This document shows positions 8,039 through 18,500 of a stretch of DNA of 61,549 nucleotides, piece after piece. The DNA comes from a virus (Duplodnaviria > Caudoviricetes). The translations under genes and the position numbers were made by a program. Position 1 is the first letter of the stretch, and every line of letters starts with the position of its first letter. Location: positions 1 to 61,549 of the IMG/VR virus record IMGVR_UViG_3300021225_000417; one strand, 5' to 3'. The notes below the pieces were generated by a model, which saw nothing but the letters and a program-made list of their open reading frames with translations, ran no database searches and was not told the DNA's origin.

Positions 8039-8293
8039 TTATCCAAAAAAACGAGGGTTCAGGATCATCTGCGCGTCAGTGTAGTTTCTTGCGCAGTAGT
8101 TTATCTGATTTATGTGTTCGGGATTATCAGGCTCCGCCTCCAGCCTGCGCGCCGCATGCAATAGCATCGCAATGCTCTCGTCACGCGCTTCTTTTATTCT
8201 CTGCGTCAGCTCTTCATTTGTCATATCAATATCTCCATTCAGGTCTTGCGGCGGGAAATACGCAGATGCATTCCAGTCAATGTTGATTGGCAC
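8039..8293 (-). CDS. Hypothetical protein
   Basis: Operon ORF; the internal ATG after ATGGAGAT (~8224) may be the true start. Confidence 0.55.
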   Translation of the reverse strand: MPINIDWNASAYFPPQDLNGDIDMTNEELTQRIKEARDESIAMLLHAARRLEAEPDNPEHINQINYCARNYTDAQMILNPRFFG

Positions 8294-8579
8294 GTCTTGC
8301 CTCCATTGCAGTCTTGTATTCAGTTGAATGCTTTGCGCGCTCTACCGCGTATTTGATCGCCTCCTTTCGCGTTCTGAACCTGATGTGATGGTTTCCGTCA
8401 TAAAGAAACCACTTCGCTCCAGCGCATGGATGCGTGATCACAGAAATGCATTTTTTGCTGTACCATGATGCGTCTGGTTTGATGACATAGACCGCAATCT
8501 CACTCCATCCATCACGGCGATCTTCCCGCATCGTGATTGCGCTGTCGATGGTCGTTGTGCGCACGTTGTCGATAAGCAT
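8277..8579 (-). CDS. Hypothetical protein
   Basis: ATGGAG RBS upstream of ATG 8579. Confidence 0.55.
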   Translation of the reverse strand: MLIDNVRTTTIDSAITMREDRRDGWSEIAVYVIKPDASWYSKKCISVITHPCAGAKWFLYDGNHHIRFRTRKEAIKYAVERAKHSTEYKTAMEARRANQH

Positions 8580-8626
8580 AGAAGACTCCATCTCAATAAA
8601 CATGATGATGACGTGGATGCTGGCGC

Positions 8627-8881
8627 TTATTCGGCGCCATGCTCCGCGACCCAGTTCAGGGCGCCGTAGGGGACGTAGACCTTGCGGGGCGCGCCATTGA
8701 GAAGGTCGTAGTCGCTGGCGTAGTCCTGCTTGCCGAAGAACACGATCTCACTGCGCATGACCTTCGCGCTCAGCCACGCCCGGGCGAGGCACTCGCCGAA
8801 AGACATCTCGGCGCTCCACCGGCCGTAAAAGTCCCAGGCCAGCTGCATCACGCCTTTGCGGTTGATAGTTACGTTCGTCAT
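8627..8881 (-). CDS. Hypothetical early protein
   Basis: VM..AW....SF..CL..AW..AK pattern common in first early genes; ATGGAGATTGAGATG start. Confidence 0.7.
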   Translation of the reverse strand: MTNVTINRKGVMQLAWDFYGRWSAEMSFGECLARAWLSAKVMRSEIVFFGKQDYASDYDLLNGAPRKVYVPYGALNWVAEHGAE

Positions 8882-8914
8882 CTCAATCTCCATCCAAATC
8901 ATCAGCACCTTCTC

Positions 8915-8943
8915 TTTTTATCGGAACTTTCTTCCACGGTCAA
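8915..8943 (-). promoter_or_regulatory. Sigma70-like promoter with the same GGAAGAAAGTTCC site in its spacer
   Basis: TTGACC-17 nt-TAAAAA on the minus strand; 13-mer at 8923-8935 identical to 7285-7297. Confidence 0.6.
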
Positions 8944-9004
8944 GCCCCATTCGCAATATTTTCGGGGAACACGTATCGTCGCCTTTTCGCCGGAGGACTT
9001 GACC

Positions 9005-9229
9005 ATGCCGACGCTCTTGCTAGACAAAACCGACCCCAAGACGCTCGCGACCGTCGTGGAGGTCGCCGCCGGCGCGCTCTGCCAGTTCAATTTCTCTTAT
9101 CACGACGGGCAGCCGGCAATTATCGAGGGGGAGAAATGCGACGCCCCGTGCGACTTTTGCCTCGCGCAGGCGTTCTACGTCGTTCACCGCATTGTCGCCG
9201 ATCAGAAAGAACAAACCAATGAGCAATAG
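9005..9229 (+). CDS. Hypothetical protein with a Cys cluster
   Basis: GGAGG RBS; C..CxxxCxxC. Confidence 0.6.
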   Translation: MPTLLLDKTDPKTLATVVEVAAGALCQFNFSYHDGQPAIIEGEKCDAPCDFCLAQAFYVVHRIVADQKEQTNEQ

Positions 9230-9527
9230 CCAATTGAAGTCTATCATTGAGCGCATCGAGCGTCTTGAGCTGGAAAAAACCGCCCTCGCCGAAGACATCA
9301 AAGAGGTCTATTCCGAAGCCAAAGGCACCGGCTTCGACCCGAAGATCATCAAGCAGATCGTCGCTATGCGAAAGAAGGACGCTCACAAGCGCCGCGAGGA
9401 GCAGGAACTGCTCGCCACTTACATGGCCGAGCTGGGAATGCTCGCCGACACGCCTCTCGGTCGAGCCGCCGTCGCGCGCGACCTCCCGGCCGCAAAGGAC
9501 GAAGCCCAACAAGAAGATGGGTTTTAA
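9219..9527 (+). CDS. gapR: GapR/DUF2312 family DNA-binding protein
   Basis: QLKSIIERIERLE.EK..LAEDIKEVYSEAKGTGFD.KII....RKKD..R.E...L..Y matches the DUF2312 consensus. Confidence 0.9.
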   Translation: MSNSQLKSIIERIERLELEKTALAEDIKEVYSEAKGTGFDPKIIKQIVAMRKKDAHKRREEQELLATYMAELGMLADTPLGRAAVARDLPAAKDEAQQEDGF

Positions 9528-9587
9528 TTTGTAAACGTGCTATTATATCAGGCGAGGGCTTCTGGCCCTCGTCGATCTGAGGTTGAT

Positions 9588-9959
9588 ATGGATATTACAC
9601 ACGACGATATGCTTCGTATGGAGGCCGAATTCGGTATACGCAACGGGGGGTGGACAAAGCTCGCCGTGGAATACCTCGGCCTCTCAATTCCGCTGCAGGC
9701 TGGATGGAAAGTCAGACTGATCGAAGAGGGTTCAAAGCCAGGTTCTCCGCATGACAACGGGCTGTCAGTCGAAGACTGGCGCTTTCTGCAGGGCGAGACA
9801 AAAGACGAACCCTTTAGTTGGAGAGTGACAGACGAGATGGAAATCAAAATGCGCCTTGATGCGCTCGACGCATTCGTTTCTGATCTACGAAAGAGAGCAG
9901 ACGCCGCGAAAGTCGAAATCAGGAAATTGCGCGATCAGCACGCGGGGGAGGAATGGTAA
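9588..9959 (+). CDS. Hypothetical protein
   Basis: GAGG RBS; GGWT..LG..PL..GW pattern. Confidence 0.6.
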   Translation: MDITHDDMLRMEAEFGIRNGGWTKLAVEYLGLSIPLQAGWKVRLIEEGSKPGSPHDNGLSVEDWRFLQGETKDEPFSWRVTDEMEIKMRLDALDAFVSDLRKRADAAKVEIRKLRDQHAGEEW

Positions 9960-10435
9960 TGGCTGTCGCACCGAAAAATTCTCCCGTCAAAAAGAACCCG
10001 GTCGGGCGCCCGACCAAATACAAGCCTGAATATTGCGAGAAAATCATTGAGCTCGCGAAGGAAGGGAAGGGCTGGGTTGCGTGGGCGCTCGCGTGCGGAG
10101 TAGATCGCCCGACGCTGTATGCGTGGGGTAATCAGCATCCTGAATTTTTGACAGCCCTCAAGGAAGCGAAGTTGCTTGAGCAGCTTTGGTGGGAGGAAGT
10201 TGGTCGATCTTCTGTGCACGCGAAGAACTTTCAGGCGGCTGTTTGGCGCACGTCGATGCAGGCGCGCTTTCGTGAGGACTACACGGAACGAAAGGTGCAG
10301 GAGGTTACTGGAAAAGATGGTGGCGCAATCAAGCACGAACACAATGCGTCGATTGACTTTAAGGCGCTGAATGAAGATCAGCGCCAACAACTACGAGAGT
10401 TATTGATGTTGGCGAAGAAGGGGGAAAAGAAATGA
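9959..10435 (+). CDS. terS: Terminase small subunit
   Basis: GRPTKYKPEYCE, HTH, W...HPEF, EVTGKDGGAI; lies upstream of TerL. Confidence 0.8.
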   Translation: MAVAPKNSPVKKNPVGRPTKYKPEYCEKIIELAKEGKGWVAWALACGVDRPTLYAWGNQHPEFLTALKEAKLLEQLWWEEVGRSSVHAKNFQAAVWRTSMQARFREDYTERKVQEVTGKDGGAIKHEHNASIDFKALNEDQRQQLRELLMLAKKGEKK

Positions 10436-10692
10436 CACTTGATAAAAACCGACACGCCCAGATGGATGCCTGTTCGAGCAAGATGCTGCAGGCATTGTCT
10501 GAGGCTGATATGGATTACTACACCGCAATGCACACTCTTGGCCTGTGCTTCGTTCAGTTACTCGTAGCAATTGAGGACACTAAAAAGGCGCAGGCTTGCT
10601 TCGTGGAAGTAATAGACGTCGTTTGCAAGACGATGCGAGCAACCGATGTTTTATTTTCGACAGATAGAAAAGAAGACACAACGGCTCATTGA
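10432..10692 (+). CDS. Hypothetical protein
   Basis: Coupled start/stop overlaps on both sides. Confidence 0.6.
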   Translation: MTLDKNRHAQMDACSSKMLQALSEADMDYYTAMHTLGLCFVQLLVAIEDTKKAQACFVEVIDVVCKTMRATDVLFSTDRKEDTTAH

Positions 10693-11309
10693 TGAACCCT
10701 CCTGTCGTTCACGCAATATTTCCGTGGCCGATCTTCACGGTTTTACTGGAACGCGATTTCTCTGAAGAAGAAATCGCGTTCGCGTGCACGCAGGATTGTG
10801 CATGGAATGTTGGCGGATTAATCAGCAAGGATCGTCGCGTCCTCGACAATCCTTGCCTCTCCAGCCTGCGCGCAATGATCCAGCAATATCTCGATCTCTA
10901 TGTTCAGCGCATCATATCGCCGCGCGATCCTATTGAAATTTACATCACGCAATCGTGGTTCAATCTCGAAAAAATGGGTATGTTTCATCACCAGCATTCA
11001 CATACAAACAGCATTGTTTCTGGCGTCGTCTATATCAGGACGCGGCCCGGAGACAGTGTCCAGTTCTATCGGGACAACCACCGTCAGATCATCTCGATTG
11101 AAGGCGTATCACGCGGTCCCTTCAATTCGGATGTCTGCAGCATCGGCGTTGAGACTGGAGAATTGATCCTCTTTCCCTCAGCCCTCGTCCACGGCGTCGA
11201 TCCGGTCGACAAAGATCGCGAGGAAGGGCGCCTCACGCTTTCATTCAACACCTTCGTGCGAGGCATCGTCGGAGACGAATTCGCATCCAACGCTCTGGAT
11301 CTGAAATGA
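10692..11309 (+). CDS. 2OG-Fe(II) oxygenase (TIGR02466-like)
   Basis: ITQSWFN, HQHSH, SGVVY, LILFPSALVHGV, RLTLSFN. Confidence 0.85.
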   Translation: MNPPVVHAIFPWPIFTVLLERDFSEEEIAFACTQDCAWNVGGLISKDRRVLDNPCLSSLRAMIQQYLDLYVQRIISPRDPIEIYITQSWFNLEKMGMFHHQHSHTNSIVSGVVYIRTRPGDSVQFYRDNHRQIISIEGVSRGPFNSDVCSIGVETGELILFPSALVHGVDPVDKDREEGRLTLSFNTFVRGIVGDEFASNALDLK

Positions 11310-12922
11310 TCGAAGATATTTCGATCGATGACGCTTTGATCGAGCTGGACAGGATCGACGCGGAAGAAAGCCTCGCCGCATTTGTGCGAATGGCGTGGCA
11401 TATTATTGAACCCGGAGCGCCATACGTCCACGGTTGGCACATCGACTTCCTGTGCGCTCATCTCGAAGCCATAGGCGCAGGCGCTGAGATAGATGATGGT
11501 GAGTATTACAATCGCCTCCTGATCAACGTCCCGCCGGGCGCTATGAAATCTTTGCTTACCAGCGTCTTCTTCCCGGCTTGGATATGGGGGCCGAAAAAAC
11601 AGCCGCACAAGCGCTTTCTCTGCGCGTCGCATTCGCAGTCGCTTGCGATCCGCGACAGCACAAAGATGCGCCGCCTGATTGTCAGTGACTGGTATCAGGC
11701 GCGATGGGGCGACCACGTGACGCTCACCGGCGATCAGAACGCCAAAACGAAGTTCGAAAACACCGCGACCGGCTTCCGCGAGGCTGTCGCGGCCGGCTCA
11801 ATTACCGGCTCACGCGGCGACATCGTCATCATCGACGACCCACACAGTGTCGAGGGCGCGGCTTCCGACGCCATGCGCGCGTCAACAATCGAGTGGTTTC
11901 TCGAAGCCGTCCCGACACGTCTCAACAACCCCGAGCGATCGGCGATCATCGTCATCATGCAGCGCCTGCACGAAGGCGACGTCTCCGGCGTCATCCTCGA
12001 AAAACAGCTCGGATACGATCACATCATGTTGCCGATGCGCTACGACCCGCTCCGCGCCGCTCCGACGCTGTTGGGCTTCGAGGACCCGCGCAGGGAGGAA
12101 GGCGAACTTCTCTTCCCCGATCGCTTCCCCGAGCGCGTCGTCGAGCGCGACGAGCGCGTCATGGGGCCATACGCGGCCGCCGGCCAGCTGCAGCAAAGCC
12201 CCGTGCCTCGCGGCGGCGGCATCATCCAGCGCGAGTGGTGGCAGCTCTGGGAGCGGGATAACTACCCGCAATTCGACTACATCGTCGCCAGCCTCGACAC
12301 CGCCTACACCACAAAACAGGAGAACGACCCCAGCGCCATGACCGTCTGGGGCATATGGTCAGGCGGCGACCAGACTGCGCAGATCACGCGCGCGCCGTCG
12401 TCGGATGGCGAGATGATGGCCGTGCTGGAGCGGACGTATCGGCAGGAGCATCCGAAGTGCATGCTGATGTATGCGTGGACCGAGCGTTTGGAATTGCACG
12501 AGCTGGTCGAGAAAGTCCGCGAGACGATGGACCGATGCGGCGCCGATCGGCTGCTGATCGAAAACAAAGCTTCGGGACACAGCGTTGCCCAAGAGCTTCG
12601 CCGGGTTTATGGTCACGAGGATTTTGGCGTGCAAATGGTCGACCCAAAGACGGCCGACAAAATGGCGCGCCTTTACAGCGTTCAGCATTTGTTTTCAGAG
12701 GGACTGATCTACGCGCCGGATCGATCGTGGGCCGACGCGGTAATAAATCAGGCGGCTCAATTCCCGAAAGGGAAGCATGACGATCTTGTCGACACGGTTA
12801 GCATGGCGATGCGCCACCTGCGCGACACGGGAATGCTTGTCAGAGGGTCGGAGTGGACATCTGAAATCGACGAAAGTCGTATGCATCACGGCGCTGCGCC
12901 GGAGCCGCTCTATCCAGTTTAA
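11306..12922 (+). CDS. terL: Terminase large subunit
   Basis: Walker A INVPPGAMKS, Walker B IIDDP, coupling MQRLH, nuclease SLDTA, IENKASG, FPKGKHDDLVD. Confidence 0.95.
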   Translation: MIEDISIDDALIELDRIDAEESLAAFVRMAWHIIEPGAPYVHGWHIDFLCAHLEAIGAGAEIDDGEYYNRLLINVPPGAMKSLLTSVFFPAWIWGPKKQPHKRFLCASHSQSLAIRDSTKMRRLIVSDWYQARWGDHVTLTGDQNAKTKFENTATGFREAVAAGSITGSRGDIVIIDDPHSVEGAASDAMRASTIEWFLEAVPTRLNNPERSAIIVIMQRLHEGDVSGVILEKQLGYDHIMLPMRYDPLRAAPTLLGFEDPRREEGELLFPDRFPERVVERDERVMGPYAAAGQLQQSPVPRGGGIIQREWWQLWERDNYPQFDYIVASLDTAYTTKQENDPSAMTVWGIWSGGDQTAQITRAPSSDGEMMAVLERTYRQEHPKCMLMYAWTERLELHELVEKVRETMDRCGADRLLIENKASGHSVAQELRRVYGHEDFGVQMVDPKTADKMARLYSVQHLFSEGLIYAPDRSWADAVINQAAQFPKGKHDDLVDTVSMAMRHLRDTGMLVRGSEWTSEIDESRMHHGAAPEPLYPV

Positions 12923-12935
12923 CAGGAAATTCAAG

Positions 12936-13151
12936 ATGATATTCGCCAATGCCGTTGTCGATGTCCTTGATGCGCCGCCGCCTCACGGCAAGGGGCTCGG
13001 GCGTTTTCGCGTCGAAGTTTGGGGCAAGGAGCCCCATGATTACGTGCGGGTGTATGAAATAACGGCCCGCGATGATAATATGGCGGCTCGCGAGGGCCTG
13101 GATCGTTTCTCCAAGGAGATCGGTGATCTCCTGAAAAAACAGGAAGAGTAG
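12936..13151 (+). CDS. Hypothetical protein
   Basis: AGGA RBS; fills the gap between TerL and portal. Confidence 0.55.
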   Translation: MIFANAVVDVLDAPPPHGKGLGRFRVEVWGKEPHDYVRVYEITARDDNMAAREGLDRFSKEIGDLLKKQEE

Positions 13152-13152
13152 C

Positions 13153-15579
13153 ATGCCGATGACGCCCGGGCTGAGCCCATCTATTCGCCAGCCGGGCGAA
13201 GAGCCGCAAGGGCTCGCCGCCGCAGAAGACATCATCGTCGAAATTGAGGAAGGCGCCGATCGCCCGGAGACGGACGAAAAAGGCAACATCCTGCGGATCG
13301 AACACCCGGATGGCTCGATCAGCGTTTCGCTGGATGGTCGCCCGGTCGAGAGCGCCGACGAAGCAATCAAGGCGCGCGACTGGTTCCGCAACCTCGTTGA
13401 CGAGGTCGATCAGGGTGAACTGAACCGGATTTCAGAAGACCTGCTGCGCGGCATCGGCGACGACCTGGACAGCCGGCAGGACTGGATCAATGATCGCGCG
13501 CAGGGCATCAAGCTGCTTGGCCTGACGATCGAGCTGCCGGGCCTGCAGGGCGCAACCGATGGCGCGCCGGTCGAGGGCATGAGCCGCGTCCGCCATCCGC
13601 TCCTGCTCGAAGCCGTCCTTCGCTTTCAGGCGAACGCCCGGTCCGAGCTTCTTCCGACCGACGGGCCCGTGAAGGTCCGCAACGACGCCGTCGACACGCA
13701 CGCGCCGCAGGAGCAGCTGGCGGATGCGCTGGAAAGCGATCTCAACCACTATCTGACGGCGGTTGACGAGGAATATTACCCCGATACCGACAAGATGCTG
13801 CTGATGCTTGGGTTCGGCGGCACGGCCTTCAAGAAGGTCTATTTCTGCCCGCTGCGCGGCCGCCCGGTCAGTGAGACGGTCGACGCCGAAGACTTGATCG
13901 TGAACAACGCCGCGACGACGCTGTCGAACGCCAAGCGCTACACGCATCGCGTCTACATGCGCCCGTCTACTGTGCGTCGCATGCAGATCCTTGGCGTTTA
14001 TCGTGACGTCGACTTGCATACGCCGGAGCAGCCGCAGCACGATGAAGTGCAGCGCGAGAAGGCTGAGCAGCAGGGCATTGCGTCCGATCCGGCAAATCCT
14101 GAAGATCGCGACCGTGAGATTTACGAATGCTACTGCGAGTTGGACATTCCCGGCTTCGAGCATAAATACCGCGGCAAAATTACGGGTCTCGAAATTCCGT
14201 ATCGCGTCACGATTGATAAATCGTCGCGAGAAATCCTGTCCATCACGCGTAATTATGATGAACCAACTGGCGAGGAAGGCGACGAGCTTCCGAAGGCGCG
14301 TGTCGACTTCGTGAAGTATGTTTTCGTCCCCGGCTTTGGGTTCTACGACATTGGCCTGCTTCACATTCTCGGCAACACCACCAATGCGGTGACGGCGGCG
14401 TGGCGCGAGATGCTCGACGCAGGCATGTATGCCAACTTCCCCGGCTTCCTGATGGCCGACACAGGCGGCAGGCAAAACACGAACATCTTCCGCATTCCTC
14501 CCGGCGGCGGCGCGCTGGTGAAGACGGGTGGCCAGCCAATCAATCAGGCGGTGATGCCGCTTCCCTACAAGGAGCCGGGCCCGGCCATGATGGGTCTGGT
14601 GACGAACATTGCTGAGACGGGCCAGCGCGTCGGCGGCACCGCGGAGCTTGCCGTCGGCGAGGGCCGGCAGGACGCGCCGGTCGGCACGACGCTCGCGCTG
14701 ATTGATCAGGCCACCAAGATCCTGAATTCGGTCCACAAGCGGCTGCACGCCGCGCAGGCCAAAGAATTCCAGCTGCTGGTCCGTTGCTTCCGGGAGCATC
14801 CGAAGAGCTTCTGGCAGCAGTGCCGCAAGCAGACGATCAAGTGGAATGAGCAGCTGTTCATTCAGGCGCTCAACGATTGCGAGCTGGTGCCGCAGGCGGA
14901 CCCGAACACGTCCAGCCATACGCAGCGCGTCATGAAAGTCATGGCCCTGAAGCAGCTGGCTGCGGCCAACCCCGCGCTCTACGACCCCGTGGCGGTCGAC
15001 ACGGCGGCGCTGAAGGCGATCGGCTGGAGCAATCCGGAGCAGTTCATGTCGCCGGCTGAGGCGCGCGCGCAGATGCCGCCGGAGGCGATGGCGAAGATCG
15101 AAGAGCTGAAGATCAAGAAGCAGGACGCCGACGCGCGCATGATGACAGCGCAGGCGAACGCCGCCAAAGTTCAGGCGGACATCGGGGCTGGCCAAGACGG
15201 CGCGCCGCAGATGGACCCGAACAAGATGATCGACGCCGAGCTGAAGCGCATGGAAATGCAGCAGAAAGCGGCTGAGCTGCAGATGAAGCGCGAGGAGATC
15301 GACGCCGAGCTGAAGCGCGTTCAGATGGAAATGCAAATGCGCAGGGCAGAAGATGCTTCCAGACTGCGCGAGGATATGTTCGTCCGCGAGACGGACCAAC
15401 TGGAAAACTGGAACCGGCGCAAGGATCGCGAGAGCGACGAGCGCATCGCCGCGGTGAAGCTGGCGCAAGACTTGATGAAGGCGCCGGACAGCGAGCGCCT
15501 CATGGGCAAAATTATCGACGACAAGACGCTTGGGCTGCTGAAGAGCGAAGAGCCAGCGCCACCCGGCTTTGGAGGGTAA
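13153..15579 (+). CDS. Portal protein (P22-like, coiled-coil C-terminal barrel)
   Basis: Position after TerL; HPLLLEAVLRFQA, GTAFKKVY, PGFGFY.IGL, APVGTTLAL; Q/M-rich C-terminal helix. Confidence 0.85.
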   Translation: MPMTPGLSPSIRQPGEEPQGLAAAEDIIVEIEEGADRPETDEKGNILRIEHPDGSISVSLDGRPVESADEAIKARDWFRNLVDEVDQGELNRISEDLLRGIGDDLDSRQDWINDRAQGIKLLGLTIELPGLQGATDGAPVEGMSRVRHPLLLEAVLRFQANARSELLPTDGPVKVRNDAVDTHAPQEQLADALESDLNHYLTAVDEEYYPDTDKMLLMLGFGGTAFKKVYFCPLRGRPVSETVDAEDLIVNNAATTLSNAKRYTHRVYMRPSTVRRMQILGVYRDVDLHTPEQPQHDEVQREKAEQQGIASDPANPEDRDREIYECYCELDIPGFEHKYRGKITGLEIPYRVTIDKSSREILSITRNYDEPTGEEGDELPKARVDFVKYVFVPGFGFYDIGLLHILGNTTNAVTAAWREMLDAGMYANFPGFLMADTGGRQNTNIFRIPPGGGALVKTGGQPINQAVMPLPYKEPGPAMMGLVTNIAETGQRVGGTAELAVGEGRQDAPVGTTLALIDQATKILNSVHKRLHAAQAKEFQLLVRCFREHPKSFWQQCRKQTIKWNEQLFIQALNDCELVPQADPNTSSHTQRVMKVMALKQLAAANPALYDPVAVDTAALKAIGWSNPEQFMSPAEARAQMPPEAMAKIEELKIKKQDADARMMTAQANAAKVQADIGAGQDGAPQMDPNKMIDAELKRMEMQQKAAELQMKREEIDAELKRVQMEMQMRRAEDASRLREDMFVRETDQLENWNRRKDRESDERIAAVKLAQDLMKAPDSERLMGKIIDDKTLGLLKSEEPAPPGFGG

Positions 15580-15585
15580 CAAAAC

Positions 15586-18500
15586 ATGGCTGATGTTCCC
15601 CAGCGCCTCGACCTCGGCCTCGGTCTCGGCAAAGCCGACCCGGAGGCGTATTTTCGCCGGCTGGCGCTCTACTCCTACGCCGTCGCGCCTCTCTTCCCGG
15701 GCCGCAGGCCAGAGGGCCAATACGCCCCGGGGCTGCGTCAATACGCCGCAGGCGGTCGCATCCTGCAGGACGAATATCCGACGAGCTACATGCCCGAAGT
15801 CGGTCGGCAGGTGATGGCTGACGGCGGCGCGCCGCTGTCTCCCGAAGATCAGCGCGCCATGACGCATTACGAAGGTGGACCGGGCGTCGTCGAGATGGCG
15901 CCCGTGAAGTTCCGGGAGCCCCTGTCTGGTTACGAGCGCGAATTGTTTCAGGCCCCGGCCGCGACCGCGCCCGTCCTTGAGGCTGGCCTTGAATTCGCGC
16001 CCTATCTGACGCCCGCCGCGCCGGCCTTGGCTGCGCGCGACGTTGTCGCCGGGCTGAAGCATGGCGACCCCGTAGAGCTTGCCACCGCCGCGCTTGGCGC
16101 GCCCGGGAAATACGCCAAAGCCGCAATCCTTGGCGCCGCCGCCATGATGCCGGAAGAGGCGCAGGCCACCTTCTTCGGGAGCGCGGCCAAGATGTCTCCA
16201 AAGATCCGGGAGGCGCTCGAAATGGCGAAGCGCGCCACTGCGCGCGGCATGTCCCCGGAGGGGACGTGGGCGCTTCACGGGTTCGCGCCGGACCCGGCCG
16301 GCAAGATGATCGGCGAGGTTTCCGACCTGCCGGCGCGATTGATCCCGTCTGGTTTGGAAAAATTTCGCAGCGGTCAACAACTTCCGCTTGGCGAACTTTT
16401 GTCGCATCCTGAGGTCTACGATCTTTATCCCGGTTCTTTTTCCTCGCCGGTCATTCCGTTTGATCGTTCACCGTCTCATCGCGGTTATTTCAATCAAATT
16501 AAAGACGAACTCGGATCAAATGTTCGTTTGAGCGATCGCGATCTGTTGGAAAACTTGCTGCACGAGCATCAGCACCGCATCCAGCACATTGAAGGCATGT
16601 CGCCCGGAACGAGCCCGGATGTGTTTCCGAGCGCGGAGAGACTTGCAGCGCCGCTGAAGGAGGACTTGCAATCCGCCAATGGCGCAATGGCGCTCAAGGC
16701 ATTCATGGAGCGCAATCCGACGCTGAAGCCAATTGACGCAATCATTGAGGCGCGCAAGGCTGGTATCCCGCTCGGGCCGCAGCCATTGAAATTTTCCAGC
16801 CTTGGGCAGGAGGAATTGCGCAACACGCAGGACCTGCTGTCCAGTCAAATCAATCGCATCTATGAGACGACGCCTGATCCATATCAGGAGTATTCGCGAT
16901 CGCTCGGAGAAGTGACAGCGCGCCTACCGGGCGAGCGACTGGAGATGTCTCCCGAAGAGCGCCGCCTATCCTATCCTTTCCCGGACCCAAGCCAGGTCAT
17001 CGTTCGCCCAATTTCTCCTGCGGTGTTGCCCAATCGACCAAACCCGCGATGGGAACGCGCGCGCGAAGACGCCCTCGCGTTGTCGCGCCAACTGCAGGAA
17101 CGGCCTCTGCCGCCCAGACTTGAAGAGTTGGTTTCGCCAGAAGAAGAAGCTCTTATGCAATATGCGCAAGAGCTTGAAGCGCAGAAGCGTGCGGGCCAAG
17201 CCATGCCGCCCGGTGGAGCGCTGCCGACGATCCGAAAAGACAAGGGTGGCTCCGTCATCAAGGCGGCGCTGAAGGCGCTCGGAAAGTTGATGCCGGAAGG
17301 GTCGGGATACGCCAGTGTTCCAGGCAAGCCTGCGCTCGTCAATCTGCCGGGTATCGGCAAGGTTGAGGCGCGCCCAATCCCTGCAATCGAAAGCGCGGCG
17401 GAAAAATATATGCAGTCGGCCGGACGCCCGGGCGAGCATGCGGTTTCTTCTTTTCCTGAATTCAATCCGGCCTTCGCCACGAAGGTCGCTGAAGCATTCG
17501 CCGAGATGAAGCATCGTCCCGGGGACCCGGCTGTCCGTCGCGCCTATGACGCGCTCATCGACGAGACGATGGCCCAGTATCGAGCAGCGAAGGACACAGG
17601 CATTGACTTTCGTTTCCTCAAAGAGGGGCAACAAGATCCTTACGCTGCGTCGCCGGCGCTGGGCTACGAGGACATCGTCAACCGGGGTCGGCTCTTCGTC
17701 TTCCCCACCGAGCAAGGGTTTGGGTCTTCTGGAGGCTTGATCGCCGACAACCCGCTCCTGAAGCGCGCCGGCCAGGTAGGAGACAAACCCGATGCAGTCG
17801 TCAACGATGCTTTTCGGATTGTTCACGATCTCTATGGTCACTTTGGTCCGGGCAATCCTTTCTTCCGCGCCCCGGGCGAAGAGCGTGCGTATCAACTCCA
17901 CTCGCGAATGTTTGGCCCGGAGGCGCTACCCGCCGCCACGCTAGAAACGCGCGGTCAGAACTCGTGGCTGAACTACGGGCCATATGGAGAAGCCAATCGA
18001 TCAGCGCTGGGCGCGGACACGCGCTTCGCCGAGCAGAAGATCGGCCGCATGCCGGAGTGGACGCAAGCGCCCGCTCCGGCGGTCGGCGAAGATGTCGAGG
18101 CTTACATCCGCAGCCTGACAGGCAAAGCCGAGGGCGGTGAAGTTGAGCGCAACGACCCAGACATGGTTTCCCGCGCGCTGGATCTTTTGTCTCAGCTCAA
18201 TCCCGTCGGCGCTGCGCAGGCGGAGACACTGCCCGGTGTTGTGGCGAAAGCGCTGGTTCGGAAGATTGTGCCGACCGTAAAAAATATGGCCAGAAAGGAG
18301 CCTGTCTTTCCGGGGGTCTACGGCAATCCACGCGAAATGGCTGCGGAAGCAGAGAGCCGCGTCGCGCCCGAAGACCCGATCATGAAGCAGCTCTTCGGCG
18401 TCACGCGACAAGATATCTTCGACATCGCCGCGCGCCGCGCCGGCAACACTCCTCCGGTTTTAAAGGCGCCGCCGGAACGCACGCGTGGCATCAATTACGC

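Noticed and set aside
13432-16407. 991-aa minus-strand ORF (also 45180..47063, 43194..45035, 24562..26130 and similar)
   Set aside because: Antisense shadows of GC3-rich genes; no recognisable motifs, and the plus strand carries clear phage genes.
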